Below, one piece after another: positions 10,661 to 23,295 of a DNA stretch of 64,000 nucleotides. Both the position numbers and the translations under genes were made by a program. Position 1 is the first letter of the stretch, and each line of letters opens with the position of its first letter. The notes under the pieces were generated by a model, which searched no databases, was not told the origin of the DNA, and saw nothing but the letters and a program-made list of their open reading frames with translations. This DNA comes from Camelus ferus (taxonomy: Eukaryota): contig NC_045696.1 in assembly GCF_009834535.1 (NCBI RefSeq), forward strand, positions 56,608,001 to 56,672,000, written 5' to 3'.

Positions 10661-13270
10661 TACTATGAATTCAGTCTCTTTATTATCTATTTAATCTTTG
10701 GTACATTTCATAGTTTGTAATTTTCAAGAAATTAGTCCATTTAATCAAAGTTGCTGAATTTCTGTGTGTAGAGTTGTTCTTCATATTATTCCTTTAATAT
10801 TCTTAATATTTCCATTGTATTCCCTTAATATTCTTTTAGTGTCTAGGATCTGAGTCATATCTCTCTTCCATTCCTGATATTAGCAATCCTTACCTGCCAC
10901 CCTCACTTCCCCTCCTCTCCCTTTCTCCCTTTCTCTTTTTCTCTCTGGCTAAAGATTTATCAGTTTTATTGAGTTTTTGTTTCAGTGATAGTTTTCTGTT
11001 TTCAATTTCATTGATTTTTGTCTTTATTTTTTTCCTCCTTCTGTTTGGGTTTGATTTTGCTCATCTTTTTTAAAGTTTCCCAAGGTGGAAGTTTAGATTA
11101 TTGATTTGAGGATGTTCTTCTTTGCCAATATAAGTATTTAATCCTATAAATCCCTCTCTCTAAGCAGTTCTTTAATTGCATCCACAAATTTGGGTGTGTT
11201 GTATTTTCATTTTTGTTCACTTCTAGATATTTTCTAATTTATGCTTCAGAAAAGTATTTTAAAGACTTCAAGAGGAGAAGAATACTCTTATACTTACCTA
11301 TATATTTCTTATTTTTGTTGCTCTCTCTTCATTTCTGATATTCTAAGTTTCCTTCTTCCGGTATCATTTTTCCTCAAAAGGCTTTCTTTAGCAATTATTT
11401 TAGGACAGGTCTGCTGGCTCATAGTTTTCCTTTATTGAGAATGCCTTTATTTCACCTTCCTTCCTGAAGGATTTTTTTTTTTTTTCTAGATCTAGAATTC
11501 TGGCTTGACAGTGTTTTTACTTTCTGCACTTTAGGAACATTGTTCCTCTTCCTTCTGTCCTCTATAGTATCCAATAAGAATTCCACAATCATTTGAATTG
11601 TTGTTCACCTACAAATAATATGTCATTTTCCTCTGGTCACTTTCAAGTGGTTTTCTTTGTCATTAATTCATAAATTTGCTTAACCTGTGTCTGGGCATGG
11701 ATTTATTTGAGTTTACCCTGTTGAGGTTTGCTGAGCTTCTTGAGTCTGTAGATTTATGTCTCACAAAATTTAGGAATTTTTTAGTCATCATTTCTTCAAA
11801 TACGTTTTCTACAATGCATTTTTATCCTCTCTGGGACTCTGATGACATCAATGCTACATCTTTTGGTATCATTCCACAGGTCTCTGAAACTCTATTATTA
11901 AAAAGTAATAAATGAATAAATAATTTTAAAAAATATTTCTTCTCTCTGTTGTTCACTTTGGGTAAATCCTTTTGATTTGTCTTCAAGTTCACTTACACTG
12001 TCCTCTGCCATCTCTATTCTGCTGTTGAGCCAATTCAATAAGTTTTTTCTTTCAGTTTTGTGTTTTATTAATTCTAAAATTTCCTTTTGTTTATTCTTTA
12101 TATCTTCAATTTCTTTGCTGAGACTTTCTAGCTTTTTATATTTCAAGAGTGCATGCCCTTACTTTTTTGAGCACTTCTATAATAGCTACTTGCAATCTTT
12201 ACCAGATAATTCCTCACATGCATGTCATCTTGGCATTGCCACCTATTAATTGTCTTTTTACCATGCAAAGTTGAGATTTTCCTGGTTCTTCACATACTGA
12301 TTACTTTTATATTTTATCCTGGGCACTTTGAATATGATATTATGGGATTCTGGGTATTTGTTGTATATTAACATATAATTGACCCAGTTAGGTTCAGGTA
12401 CAAATTCCAAGCCAGTTTTCTGTGGTTTCAGTGTGATGGCTGATTTCAAAACCCTCTCAGTGCTATTCAGATCTGTCTTGCATGTGCACCAACCAGTGCT
12501 TAGTTTGGAACCTTGGCAGTGATCTATCCTGTAGTTCAGTTCTTAAACTTGCATGCTGTTTAGGGTCAGCATGGGCATGGGCATGGGCATGGGCATGGAC
12601 ACTTGGAAGTGGGCCCAGGAATTCATAAGCAAGTTTACAGGGCTGCTTTCCCAATCTCCTTTCTGTGGTAATCTCTTCAGTACTTTCTGGTTACAACCAG
12701 AATGTTGGAGCTATGTTTATTCACTATGTTGTGTACATTTTGCAATTATATTGATGTCCAGGACCAACCAGCGGGAAGACAGAGAGAAGACAAAAAGCAA
12801 CAAGAGTCTGTCCCACACAGCTAAACACAGCTCCTCTGATCAGAGAGAAAAGTTCCTCTTCCTTGGCATTTTAGCATCCTGCAGCCCCAACTGTCACTAC
12901 AGTTGATGCCCATCCCACTGCCATCATGGGATTTCTTAGGAGTTAGGGTGTGAGAGAATGGAGAAAAGAAAAAAAAATGGGGAGTGTTCCTCTACTCTTT
13001 CAGCATTGGGAGATCCTTCCTGCTCTTTGAGCCAGAGCTATAGGACTTCTTCTGGAGCTCCCTCTGTGCAGATGCCCACATTCAGGTTTTGTGCTCCTTA
13101 TTGGAGGAAAAAGATGACAAACTCACCACAAGTTTGATGGTACTTCAAATTTTAGTACTCTTCACCAATCACCAACTACTATTTAACTTTCAGAGTCCTC
13201 AAAAAGCTGCTCCAGACATTCTGTCCAGGTTTTTAGCTGCATTCATTGTAGAATGTGTGGAATACTCCAC
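10661..13270 (-). mobile_element. Older L1M-type element, 5' portion (start of ORF2, ORF1 coiled coil, 5' UTR)
   Basis: Minus-strand ORF 11898-12146 LESLSKEIEDIK..LNSRIEMAEDSVSELEDKS is typical ORF1p coiled coil; T-rich antisense L1 composition. Confidence 0.8.
12569..12598 (+). repeat. (GCATGG)5 hexamer microsatellite
   Basis: Direct read of the sequence. Confidence 0.95.
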
Positions 13271-14389
13271 AGTACCAGAATTGAAAAAATTCTGTCTTGT
13301 CAGAGCCACTGAATTATTGTTGGGTCCCTGATTACAGTAGTTAAGCCTATTGTAACTTATTGAGCCAATTCCACCATTCTTTTGTTCTTCCACTGCACCT
13401 ACTCTTCAATCCTTTAATCTTAGATCAATCCTAAAATCCATCTTTCCGCTATCTATTCCCAGAATGATGAGCTGGGCTGGAGAAAACTCATCCAACTATA
13501 TGCTATCATGTGCTGGCAGCCTTTCACTTGTTAAATATCTCTGCATAGTTCTCTCCTGTTCTTCACAGAAATGAATATTAATAAACATTTGACTTGGACC
13601 TTTACTGCTGTCCTCTCACTCAGCAGATGTCTTCACCTCCTATGTCTAAGAGAAAATGTAGCTACTAGGTAGCTTCTTACTACACACCTATAGATGTGTC
13701 TTCCCTTCTGTTTTAAATAAAGAGACATCCCTTCTTTCCTCCTTCTGTTGAGGGAGCTAATGTTTCCTATGCTCTGGATCCCATCTCCTTCTGACTTCTC
13801 AATACTATCCATAAATAATTATCCCTCTTTCTTCCATCTTACACTTATCTTCTTCGAGGGTTCCTATATCTCAGGATGTAATATAGAAAGCCTCTGTCTT
13901 ATCTCAAATATTGTAAACATCTCCTAACACTCCTCCTGCATTTGTCAGGGTAATCTAACAGTTTTAACAATATTTAGATCTCTAAGGCCTAACACACACA
14001 CAAATTATTATTTTACTTATGCAAAATTCAATATAGGTGTTCTTGGCTCTCCTGGGAACCTATTCTCTGACTCAGGAATCCAGGTTCCTTCCATCTTGTG
14101 ACACAACCATCTTCAACATGAGGCCTCCAGAGCTGCTATGGAAGGGAAGGCAGCATGAGGTAGGTCTACTTAACCACCTAAGCTCAGAATGCCCAACACA
14201 CTTTTACTCACATTGGTTTAGTCAGAACTAGTCACATGGCTCCACTTGGAGAGATCTAGGAAATGTTGACCCTCATGGAGCAAATGCTTTCCAGCATCAG
14301 GAATCTTCAGTGGTCAGCCAACTATTTCTACTTCACTCGTTACCTCTGGTCTTACCAAATATTCATCCACATGGAATCTATCATGGTCT

Positions 14390-14985
14390 TTCCTACAGAT
14401 ATGATCATGTCACTTCCCCATTTAGCACCCAATTATTGCCCACTTCCAACTGAATGAAATCCAAACCCTTTATCAAGGAATTCAGTACCATTTCGGATTT
14501 AGCCCTTCCAGCCCCATCTCCTGTAAGGTCTTATCTTAGGCATCAGTACCATCAAACTGCTTCTAGTTCCCAGCTATTGGGAAAAAGTAGCAATTACTGT
14601 TACTTGCCCCTTTACATTAGCACATCCTCTTCCATCTCTCTGAAATGTCCCTGTTTGTTGTATCTGGTGGGGAAATTTCTACCTCTCCTTCAAAATTCAT
14701 TATAAGCATCTTCCTCTGTGAACCATCGGTAGCCCTCTTCTTTAGGCAGAGTTGATCATTTAGTTCCTTTGTGCCACAAGTGAGCATCAGCAAACCTCCA
14801 CAGTAGTACCCATTACACTGAGGTGAAGTTGTATTTTTATATATGTCTCTCCTCTTTTAAACTATGAGCTCCTTGAGAACTGGGACCATGACTTGCTATC
14901 TTAGTATCTCCAAAGCCAGTGTCTGCCACATGATGGATGTTTAATAAATGTTCATGTACTGAATAATTAAATAAATGAGTAAATG
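14390..14985 (+). mobile_element. L2 3' fragment
   Basis: gatcatgtcacttcccc...ctatgagctccttgag...aataaatgttc..gaataattaaataaatga, typical L2 3' end. Confidence 0.7.
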
Positions 14986-15133
14986 ATGTACAATTTAAAA
15001 TATCACACTTAAATTTCACTTTAGTGTTCATTCAATATTTAAATGTTCTTGGAGAAAGCTATGAACTTGTGCTATATTTACTATATCTTCTTCTAATGAA
15101 GAAGAATGGATGGCATTAAATTAAAGCATTACA

Positions 15134-15262
15134 GGGGAAGGTTATAGCTCAGTGGTGGAGTGAGTGCTTAGCATGCATGAGGTTCTGGGTTTAATTCCCA
15201 GTATCTGCATTAAATAAATATATAAATCAACCTAATCCCACCCCTACCCCCAGCACACAAAA
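15134..15262 (+). mobile_element. tRNA-derived SINE (camelid Vic-1-like)
   Basis: ggggaaggttatagctcagtggtggag (A box)...gggtttaattccc (B box), AT-rich tail, degenerate TSD taaagcattaca / taaagtcttaca. Confidence 0.85.
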
Positions 15263-16911
15263 TAAAGTCTTACAGAAATATACTAACATGATTTCTTAAT
15301 TTGGTGAGGGAAGCTTCTTCATACTCAATCAGAAAAGCTAATGGAAGTGATACAAGAGTGAGCTGAAGCTACAAGGAGGTTAAAGTGACTGCTTCTTACT
15401 GATGCAGAAATAATAGTGAAAGTTTCAATTCTGGGAAGTCAAAGAGCACAGTGAACACTGATGAGGACTGAGAGGCTTTGAGTGATTGAGATGAAAAGCT
15501 TGAGGAAACATTATTTCAGCCTATAATGTAATAATGAAAGGTGCCAGGGGTCAAGCATACTTCCCTGAACTCTTCTCTTCTGAACCATGAAAAAAACAAC
15601 TCAACTATAATTAATATACATTTTGAATTTACTGTATTTCATGAATAATTCTTTGAAAAATCATTGTCCACTTATGTTATATATACTCTCTCTTAATTAA
15701 CTAGATTATCAGTTAATCACTCCATCTCTAACCAATCTATGTGAGTGGAAGTCACTGTATATTCAAAAATAATAAACAACAAACAAAACCCCCAAAAACC
15801 AAATACCCTGATGCCCCTGTTATCTCTTCTGAACCATAATCAGTTATTGTCACAATTTAGGTAATCTCTAGCTTGATCTGTGCTGAAACTTTTGCCACCC
15901 AGGGTGGGTGGAGGGGAGTCAATGGGGAGCTGGAGTGAGGCAGGAATATTCTTTATCAAATTAAGATAAGAATCAGGCAAATTGTTCTAGCTATAGGGAC
16001 TAGGGCAGAGCAGGGAAAGAGGCTGAGACAGTCTTAGTCTTCATTTTTGACATAAGTTTTGGCAGGATATGGAAGCAACAGTGGGAAGTCTCCCTCTCTA
16101 TGAATTTGAAGATCAGGGACATAAGGTCACATTCTAAGTTGAACTAGTAAAATTCACAGACAATGGATGTGATTAGTCACCTGTGGGAGTAAAGCAAGAG
16201 ACTGCCTGAAATGTGCGGACCTCGCAAAACTCAAATCAAGGCAAGCAATTCGGGTGTAATCAGAGGAAGGCAGGCCCAGAATGTGAATGTCATTTTGCAG
16301 AAGATATTTACTCAATTGATTTGAAATGAATATTGCCTGGGGGTAGACTGTGTGAAGGTGAGTGAGGGTCTGGGCAGAAGGGGAAGTGGTCACCTTGGGC
16401 TACAGGAAACCGAAGGCATCTTAACCTGGCAGTACATACCCAAGCCCTGTGCAGAGGACGGACCCTGCCTTTTGCAATTGCTGTGGGGCAGGAGTGCCCC
16501 TTCTGATGTCTCTTCAGCACCATGTGTGCCTTTGCTCAGCATCTGTGTTCATTCTGATCCTGGGAATGGCTGCTTTGGACAGTGGACATAAGCTTTGTGG
16601 TCCCTGGGGAGAAATGCCTCTCACTGTAAATTTGTACATTGACCATGAGTAGCCTCATGGATCTGAGTGATTCACGTGACCCTGGATTCTGAAAACTTCT
16701 GAGAACCTGATGAGGATAAATACTGGAATTTGGAAAGCAGTCAGTTGCTCAAGGAGATACCACCCATGAGACCTCCTGGTAGGCAGCTACTACCTTCTCC
16801 AAGGAATGTACCAACCTCATCTTCAGTCCTTTTCTGCCTTCCATAGGCAGTACCACAATATCCATTTAGGTCAAGGATTCTTAGCCCCATCAGATCCAGT
16901 GACCTATTCTT

Positions 16912-17898
16912 TTTGTTGTTGTTGTTGCTTCTTTATGTATTTTTTAAAACTGAAGTATTGTTGATTTACAATGTTGTATTAGTTTCTGGAATATAGCATA
17001 GTGATTCAGTTGTACACACACACACACACACACACACATTCTTTTTCATTATAGGTCCTATTACAAGATACTGAATATAGTTCCCTGTGCTACAGAAGGA
17101 CCTTGCTGTTTATCTATTTTATACAGAGTAGTTTGTATCTGCAAATCCCAAACTCCTAATTTATCCCTCCTCCTCCTTCCCTCCCCGGTAACCATAAGTT
17201 TGTTTTCTGTGTCTGTGAGTCTGCTTATGTTTTGCAAATAAGTTCATTTGTGTCATTTTTTTTTTTTAGATTCCACATGTAAGTGTATCTTCTCAAATTA
17301 GAGTTTTCTCTGGATATACGCCCAGGACTGAGATTACTGTATCATATGATAACTCTATTTTAGTTTTTTAAGGCACCTCTGTACTGTTTTCCATAGTAGC
17401 TGCACCAAATTACATTCCCACCAACAGTGTAGAAGGGTTCCCTTTTCTCCACACCTTCTCCATATTTATCATTTGTGGGCTTTGTAATGATGGCCATTCT
17501 GATCAGTATGAGGTAACACTTCATTGTAGCTTTGATTTGCATTTCTCTGATAATTAGTGACATTGAGCATTTTTTCATGTCTCTTGGCCGTCTGTATCTC
17601 TTCATTAGAGAAATGTGTATTTATGTCTTCTGCCCATTTTTGATTGGGTTGTTTTTTGTTATTGAGTTGTATGAGCTGTTTGTATAGTCTGGAAATTAAG
17701 CGCTTGTCCCTTGTGTCATTTGCAAATATTTTCTCCCATTCTGTATATTGTCTTTTCGTTTTGTTTATGGTTTTCTTTTCTGTGCAACAGCTTATAAGTT
17801 AAATTAGGTCCCATTTATTTTTTGCCTTTATTTCTATTGCCTTGGTAGACTGACCTAGGAAAACATTGCTGTGATTTATGTTAGATAATGTTTTGACT
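16912..17898 (-). mobile_element. 5'-truncated, internally deleted L1 with 15-bp TSD; contains a (CA)n tract at about 17013-17038
   Basis: [39 protein letters not shown] cagtgacctattctt (16897-16911) / caatgatctattctt (17899-17913). Confidence 0.9.
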
Positions 17899-17913
17899 CA
17901 ATGATCTATTCTT

Positions 17914-18612
17914 AAATGAATGTTTTGTTAGGTCTCATTCACTATTCTGAAAAGAAATTCACAAATAATAAACCTCCTACATAAATATTTCTAAAAGTCA
18001 ATATAGTGTCCTAACTTAAAAAATAAAGAAAAATTACTGGTAGTAGAGGAATAATTTATAACTAAATCATACGTATTGGAGTATATTAATGTTTAGGGGT
18101 GACTAACTAGAAGGTAGAATGAACAGTTGCTTTGAGATCAGAGTGAACGTGACAGAGACAAATGTAGATGGAGACACACGTGCTGACAATTCAACTAATG
18201 ACAGCGAAGTTACTGGCAGTGAAGTACTTTTCTGAAATTGTGACTACTGTTGGTAAAGTTCTGAACAAACGCAGTACAATCTTCTCTTCCTTTAAAAATG
18301 TTTAAGGGGTATTTACAGGAGAATCAGTGTATATTAAAATATGCAAAATTAACTTGTATTTCCAAGTAAAATGGGATGGAGTTCCACAGCCAGATAATTA
18401 TAAGCAGATTTTCCCACACATATGTCCAGTGTGACTTTTGAAGTTTACAAAGGACACACGGCACCTCTTGGTGTGGCGCCTGTGCTGCGTACGATCAGAT
18501 AGCTAGCATCCTTGGTTCCCTCTCACTAAAGGCCACTAGTACCCCTACTAAGAACTGTGACAGTCAAAAATGCCCTATTGGAGTTTCCAATACCACTCCT
18601 GTTGAGAGACAC
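17914..18612. mobile_element. hAT-Charlie (MER20B-like) fossil, interrupted by the L1 at 16912; left stub about 16871-16911
   Basis: Right end agcatccttggttccctctcactaaaggccactagtacc..tgtgacagtcaaaaatgcc..ctgttgagagacact resembles the MER20 terminus. Confidence 0.55.
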
Positions 18613-20509
18613 TCACCTAAGTGAACAGAAACTAATGTGAGGGTCCCATGGGACAGTCATTCCATGACCTGACATCATAGAAAACCCCAGCTGGTAGAAA
18701 GAAGGGACAAGGATGGATGAGAGCTGGGGAGAGTACCTAGTGCTAGCGAGTACCTAGTACCAGGCAAGACAATAAGTCAGAACTTAGGAGGTGAAACCAG
18801 GGTAACAGTTCACCTCTGGGACTTGGGCCATCAAACCAGGAAGGGCCAACATAGGAAGAACTGTGGCTCTGGGGCCACCCAGGTTTGTTCTTGGAGCCAG
18901 ATGTCCCAGATCTGGCTGAAAGGGAAGAATTTAGGTCAACTCAGGAGCCTGAAAGTAGTGACTCGGTTCCTAGAATGAGGGTCTGGGAATGTGACATTTC
19001 CAAACCCCTTACACACAGCCCTCACCAGAAATGACCTAACATCAGGCGTGGGCTTAAGTCTTCTCAAATAGCTGCAGCTGAGAAGAAAGCAAAGGCAGGA
19101 GGAGAGAACAGCCCCTGTTTACCAATGCCACACGGGACTGAGGAGGGTAAGTCTGCACAACGTTTGACTTTCTTATATATTTTTTTGCTTTCATTTAAGT
19201 ACAAATGAATCAACTCATTCTTCAAACAAAAATACATGTTTAAGAGAACAAGATTTGGACATTCACACACCATTCCTCACCCCACCCCCACATCATCTAT
19301 CTGCTGCTTTCCTGTGGGTGGATATAAAACAGCTGCTTGGAACTCAGATTTGCACTCTGTTTCCAAAAGTGGGGTCACGAAGGCCTGGCCATAAACCGCT
19401 ACAATGCTTGTACTGAATACCACAATTTACAAGGGTGAGTACATAATTTTGCCTGGAGCCCAGACTAAGGCCAGCCCTACAACCCGTGCTTTGTGACTCA
19501 GGAGCCGAACAACACTCACACAAACCAGATATTCCCCCAAAGACCAACTCGACAGGATGATGCCTCATCTCCTGTGACTGTTCCCAAAGTCCGACCCAAG
19601 ACAATTATCTAATCTCTGCTCAGGACTCAAATTACCTCATGTTTTGACTTCATTGGATTGAGCAGGCTCCTTTGTGCATACTGTTCCTAGAAAAAAAGAA
19701 AAAAGATGCTCTTATTTCAATTACCACCCTTACAGAGGTCCTATTACTTCATCTGTCCCACGTGCATTATAGTAGATGGTCATGAGAACAAGTTCAGCTT
19801 TATAATCCTTGATGGAATGTATTAGCAAAACTGAGTCTTAAAAAGAGAGAGAGAAATAAAAACATTCTGTGCATGAAAATATTTTCCATTTCAGCCTGTA
19901 AATATGAGGGAAGAGACTAAAGAAATTATCTGCCGTTATAAAATATTCAAGGAGATAGCTGACAATATGCTTTCTTCTTCCAAAAGCCTTGATTCAATCA
20001 TGCTGAAGATATTGCTGAATTACACACCTGAGGTCCCAACTTATTTTGCTGACCTCTCTCTTGCTCTCTGACATCTTGTGTCCCTCCACTCTTTCCCACT
20101 CTCCCCTGAGCCTCCTATTTCCTCCACGCCCATCTCTGTCCCTAGCCTTTGAGCATGTGCCTAGGTAGATTTGAGGGCTGCTTAACTTTTTGTTGTTCCC
20201 TCAGTGCCACTGACCAAGGATTTGATCATCTGGTAGTTTAAGATCTGAGAGGCCACCAGAAGTAACTCTGTGAAAAGGAAGGACATCTGTATGTATGTGC
20301 TGATGTATTTCTCTGGGCTTTTTTTGTATGAATGTGTCCTCAGGCTTTTCTTCCTGTGTGTATCTCAACGTGAAAACCTAAGTCCTAGATCTACTTTCCT
20401 GCTCAGAAACATTTAATGGTTCCCTAGTGTCCACAAAATCAAGTCGAGATCCTCCGTGATTTGCCCTCAATACACCTTTTCAACAAATCAACTCCTCTAG
20501 CCATGGTGA

Positions 20510-20760
20510 GAGCAGCGGTATAAAGCAGTGGCTGGATGTATAGCCTCTGGGCTCAAACCCCAGCTCAGGCACTGTTAGTTTGTGTCCTCAGGTGAATTAC
20601 TGAAACCTCTCTATGGCTCAGTTTCTTCAACTGTAAAAGTGGCATAATAATAGAAATAATTTAAATTGCATGAGAATCAAGAGAATTAATAAATGTTAGC
20701 TGCTTAAATTAGGGTCTGATACATGATAAGCACCATCTACTATTATGACTATTATTACTC
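20510..20760 (+). mobile_element. MIR SINE
   Basis: ggctcaaaccccagctc...ctcagtttcttcaactgtaaaagtggcataataatag core. Confidence 0.75.
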
Positions 20761-23079
20761 ACTACCCTCAGCACGCTTGCATTTTTCTATTTTTGTAGCT
20801 TTTCTCACAGTTACCAATTTCTGGAACTTCTCTCCATTCTAAATTCTTCCCGTCCTTTAAAGTCCTGATCAGATTTTCCCTTTTCCACAAACTTCCCCAG
20901 ACTGTTTAGTTCACAGTGTTCTCTTCTTCTGTGCACCAATACACAAATGATCTATTCCAATAATTTTGCAAATGGTCATTTGTTGCTTCATGGCACTTCT
21001 TGTATGGCTGCCTTGTGACATAATTCAAGTATAATTTCACCTGTTCTCCCCCAGTTGGACTGTGAGTCCTCTGAAAGCAGGCACTTGGGCCGGTTTTTGT
21101 ATAGAGCTCAGCATCTGGTACACTGCCTTTCCAACTGTAGCTCAATAAAAATCTGTTTATTTGAGTTGATTTGCTCTGCAGGTTGAATGCAAGTTTGCTG
21201 GTTGCTTTTCGAAGTGGTGAGTTAAGGGAGTGCATAAGAGTTAGAAACTTGTCATTTACTTGTAGAACATTATGAAGTGTCTGTGCAAGGCACTCTGCTT
21301 CCACCTTGCACCTGACAGGGTGTCACCACCCCCCCAACTCCCAACCGGGAGGTACCAAGGCTGTCTGATTAGTGGATGAGACCACTAGGATGAGACCAGG
21401 ATGAGGGTGTCACCAGGAGGCACCAGGTTGTCTGATTAGTGGATGAGAGCACTAGGATGCGGTCAGGCACTGTGTCTGGCCACAGGGGACAGGCTTGGCA
21501 GCCAGAAAAGCTTTTAGAACCACAATTTGGGGGGCGGCAGAGTTCCCGCACTGGCTATAACATAAAGAGGTCTCCTAAAGAGCAGTTGCTTCCACAAAGA
21601 AGTTTTGCAAATTCAGACCTTCCTTGCTTGGTTGCTCAGAGTTGCCCCTGGGTGGAGACTTTCGGCATCTGAAAGGACCAGGCTCGGGTAAGGTAGGAGG
21701 AGAGCTAGCATGGTGCTGGGTCAGCACTTTCGGGTTCTAGTCCAGATTCTTTCACAAACTGCTGGGTGGCTTTGGACACTTACATCATCACCATACTCAT
21801 CTGTCGGTGAGGGTGTTGGATGAATATGTAACCCCAGGCTGCCTGCTGTCTCTGATACCCTATCACCCTCAGAGTCTTCTCATGGTGGAGTCATTGGTAG
21901 CTACAAGGGAAGAGACCAAAACCACCTTTGGCTGGAACTCAGATTCTTCTGGCCAATGGAGCTCAACTGAGTCAGTCCCTAGGTATGAGATGGTTTCATT
22001 TATTGGGAGTGGTCCTGCTTACAACAGTCTTGGAATCCTTCTCCTTCTCCACCAAATCTGGGAAAGTAAGGACTTGGGATATAAGATAATGGCAGGGTAA
22101 TAATGGGGCAAAGTTTTAAATTGGGGCCATCCCTGGATTATCACCGAGTCTTCTCTCCTTGCAGTCCTGACAAAAGGACTGAAGTCACAGTTGCTGATGA
22201 GGGTAGAGGTCTAGGGACGTGGAGCAAGACTGCACTCAGGTTTGGTGCCAAGTGTGCACAAATGATCAGAAAGCCCACACAGGCCTTGCACTCAGCCCTG
22301 TTGGTTCATTCCCCAGACTCATTCATCCCTCCCACTGGCAGGAGGCACTCTCTCCTTGCAATCATCCAGATGTTCTTGGCAGCTTTCCTCAGATACTCCT
22401 GACTGCTCCCGCCTCAGCACCACCTTTCCCTTTCAACATAAGCTCAGAGCAGCCCCTCCCACTAATTCACCACTACTCTACAGCTAAGGCGGCCAATCTG
22501 TCTTCTTTACTTACATTAGCCTCCTGGGGCATGAGATCACTGAGGCCACATCTCTTTGTACCTATGAGCCCATCTTGTGCCTGAAAAATAATGCTAAGGA
22601 GGAGGAGGATATTGCTGCATCCGTCAGGGGAAACTGTGCTGTGTTCTAGGATTTGGGGAGTAGTGTGGCAGGCAGATGCCTGTCTAGGGCAGAACATGTA
22701 CAAGGATAACAGTTCTTGTAGGACAAGTGGTCAAATGTGGAAATGGACATCTGTTCCACTTACGTATTTCACATTCTTACCCCTGCTAGGTGCTTGGCGC
22801 TAGAACACTTGCTGGAGAAGTGTTGCAGGGAAGAGAAAACACTAAGGCATGAACCTCCAAGGAGCTTGCAATCTGGTCAGAGAAGCTAGGCATTCACACA
22901 TTTGCAAAAGTTCATAAAGATGGCTGAGAGCAGGGGCATTTTATCTGAGGTCCATGTTTAGATGTTAAGCATCTAAAAATCCCAAATTCATTTTTCTAGA
23001 TTGACAGTCCATAATTACCTGATTTCAAAGGCAACTGGACATGCCCCCAACCTCCAACCAAAGGATGAAGAACTGAGCT

Positions 23080-23295
23080 CAACTTGGAAGACCTAGGCCA
23101 GAGTCCTGGCTTTTCACTTACTATCTGTGTGATAACACATTATCTAACTTCCTTGATCCTCAGTTTCTTAATCTCTAAAATGGGGAGAATAACTTCTGTC
23201 CTAGCTATTCCACAGCATGGTTGTGAGGACCAAATGAGACAAGTGTGTGAAAGTGCTTTATAAATCATAAAGCACCATACAGGTAAAAGGCAGCA
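23080..23295 (+). mobile_element. MIR SINE
   Basis: cctcagtttcttaatctctaaaatggggagaataac...gttgtgaggaccaaatgag..gtgaaagtgcttt. Confidence 0.75.

Noticed and set aside
15134..15210. Functional tRNA-Ala genes (also at 39270, 51255, 54435)
   Set aside because: Stems are degenerate, each has the SINE tail and most have visible TSDs; no clean cloverleaf.
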